Source: Oikopleura dioica | Taxonomy: Eukaryota > Animalia > Chordata | DNA length: 64,000 nt | Direction of reading: 5' to 3' | NCBI GenBank assembly: GCA_907165135.1 | Contig: OU015568.1 | Coordinates: 7,006,001 to 7,070,000, forward strand | Shown here: positions 62,764 through 64,000 of the stretch, piece after piece | Position numbering within the stretch: the stretch's first letter is position 1 | Layout of the letters: every line of letters starts with the position of its first letter | The notes under the pieces: generated by a model | Seen by the model: the letters and a program-made list of their open reading frames with translations, nothing else | What the model was told of the DNA's origin: nothing | Databases searched by the model: none | Translations under genes and position numbers: made by a program

Positions 62764-63663
62764 TTAGATACGTCCAGCGTCCTTCAATTTGGAGATGAGC
62801 GTGTCGACGTCTTCGACGATTTCTCCAGCAGCTCGGACTGGTGGCTCCGCGACTTTGATCACGTTCAAAGTTGGGGCAACGTCCACGCCAAGGTCAGCTA
62901 AAGAAAATTATAGAAAGACAGTTAAAACATTCTTCTGGCTTACCAGGCTTGACGGCCTTGACCTTCTTCTTCTTAGCCTTCATAATGTTGGGAAGAGTAG
63001 CATATCTGGGTTGGTTGATTCGGAGATCAACGGAAAGAACAGCTGGTGTCTTGATCTCATTGGTTTCAAGGCCACCGTCGATCTCTCGCTCGACTGTAGC
63101 GCTATCGCCATTGTGCTGGAGCTAGAAATGGGAATTGAAAGAGAGGATGATCATTTCACGTCTTACAGAGTAAAGGTTGGTAGCTTGGGGCCAGTCGAGA
63201 ATGGCAGCGGTCATAGCGGCGGTCTGACCGTAATCACCGTCGATGGCGAGTTTGCCCATGAGAAGAAGGTCCGCTGCTTCGGTTTCAGCGATCTTGGCAG
63301 CCATTTTGGAGATCTGGAGAGGAGTAAGAGCATCCAGCTGAGCTTGATCAACCTGAAAACGCATCTGTGAGGACGCAACAACGAATCGAATAAAATTACA
63401 TTGACGTGGACGCCTCGATCGCAGCCCATGGCGAGCGCAGTTCGAAGAGTCTCGGCAGACTGCTTTGGGCCGATGGTGAAGGCGACGATCTCCTTGGCGA
63501 TCTTCTTCTCCTTGAGTCGGACGGCCTCCTCGACGGCGATTTCGCAGAAAGGATTCATCGAGTGCTTGACTGAATCCTTGACGACGCCGGAGCCGTCAGG
63601 CTTGACTCGGATCTTGACAGCGTAGTCAATGACTCGCTTAACACCGACAGCAACTCGAACCAT
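62764..63663 (-). CDS. ETFB: Electron transfer flavoprotein beta subunit
   Basis: [72 protein letters not shown]. Confidence 0.97.
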
Positions 63664-64000
63664 TCTATTTCCCGAAACAAATAATTAAAGAAACTAACGA
63701 TTTTCGAATTTAAATCCTATGGACCATAGGCTATGGTTGGAAAGATAAAGCCCGTTTTTATTCTAAAGACTTTTAATAAATAAGTTTGCAAACTTGGATG
63801 CAGAGGGAGAGATCAAGAGAGTGGTTTAGAAAAAGATAAACCAGAATATATATTTGACAGTAGCTTTTCTTTTTAACTCTAACAGAAAGAGGGAAGAGAA
63901 GAAGTTACTTGAGGTGGTTGAAAATATGGTGGGCGACGCAGTGGTCTCGGTGGCCGAGGAAATCGAATTGCTCCTAAAAATAGGTTGGAGGAGAGTTAGC

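Overview
Eukaryotic, very gene-dense genomic DNA. Most introns are about 30-70 nt, head-to-tail genes are separated by 17-500 nt, and several splice donors appear non-canonical (GA/GG/GC). With the compact H3-H4-H1-H2A-H2B histone quintet, this fits a larvacean tunicate such as Oikopleura dioica; the species call is my inference. About 30 protein genes are supported. Left divergent pair of operon-like arrays: DHX9-PGAM5-HGH1-FAM76 (minus) and TMBIM4-MFSD4-like-SDHAF3-N4BP2 (plus). Middle: a tandem-BTB Kelch gene, the histone quintet, SURF4, NCS1, an HS2ST/UST-like sulfotransferase and an RTP/3CxxC protein. Long minus-strand array on the right: ETFB, PDCD2L, an F-box/WD40 gene, ECI1, GTPBP6, a SIM/SUMO-like-domain gene, a zinc-finger gene, MAEL, ZNHIT1, an AADAC-like gene, a MAIP1-like gene and a GH29 fucosidase. 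Most interesting: (1) DNA-transposon insertions in coding exons or on a splice donor that appear removable by splicing (two in GTPBP6, one in TMBIM4), i.e. candidate intron births; (2) an intron-containing alpha-L-fucosidase with bacterial (Thermotoga-type) motifs, a horizontal-transfer candidate; (3) an esterase-fold gene lacking its catalytic serine; (4) a SIM-rich protein with several SUMO-like modules; (5) shared histone promoter elements and a MITE family carrying AP-1 sites. All exon structures were assembled by eye and need RNA-seq confirmation. I recognised no tRNA, rRNA, SL RNA or CRISPR array.
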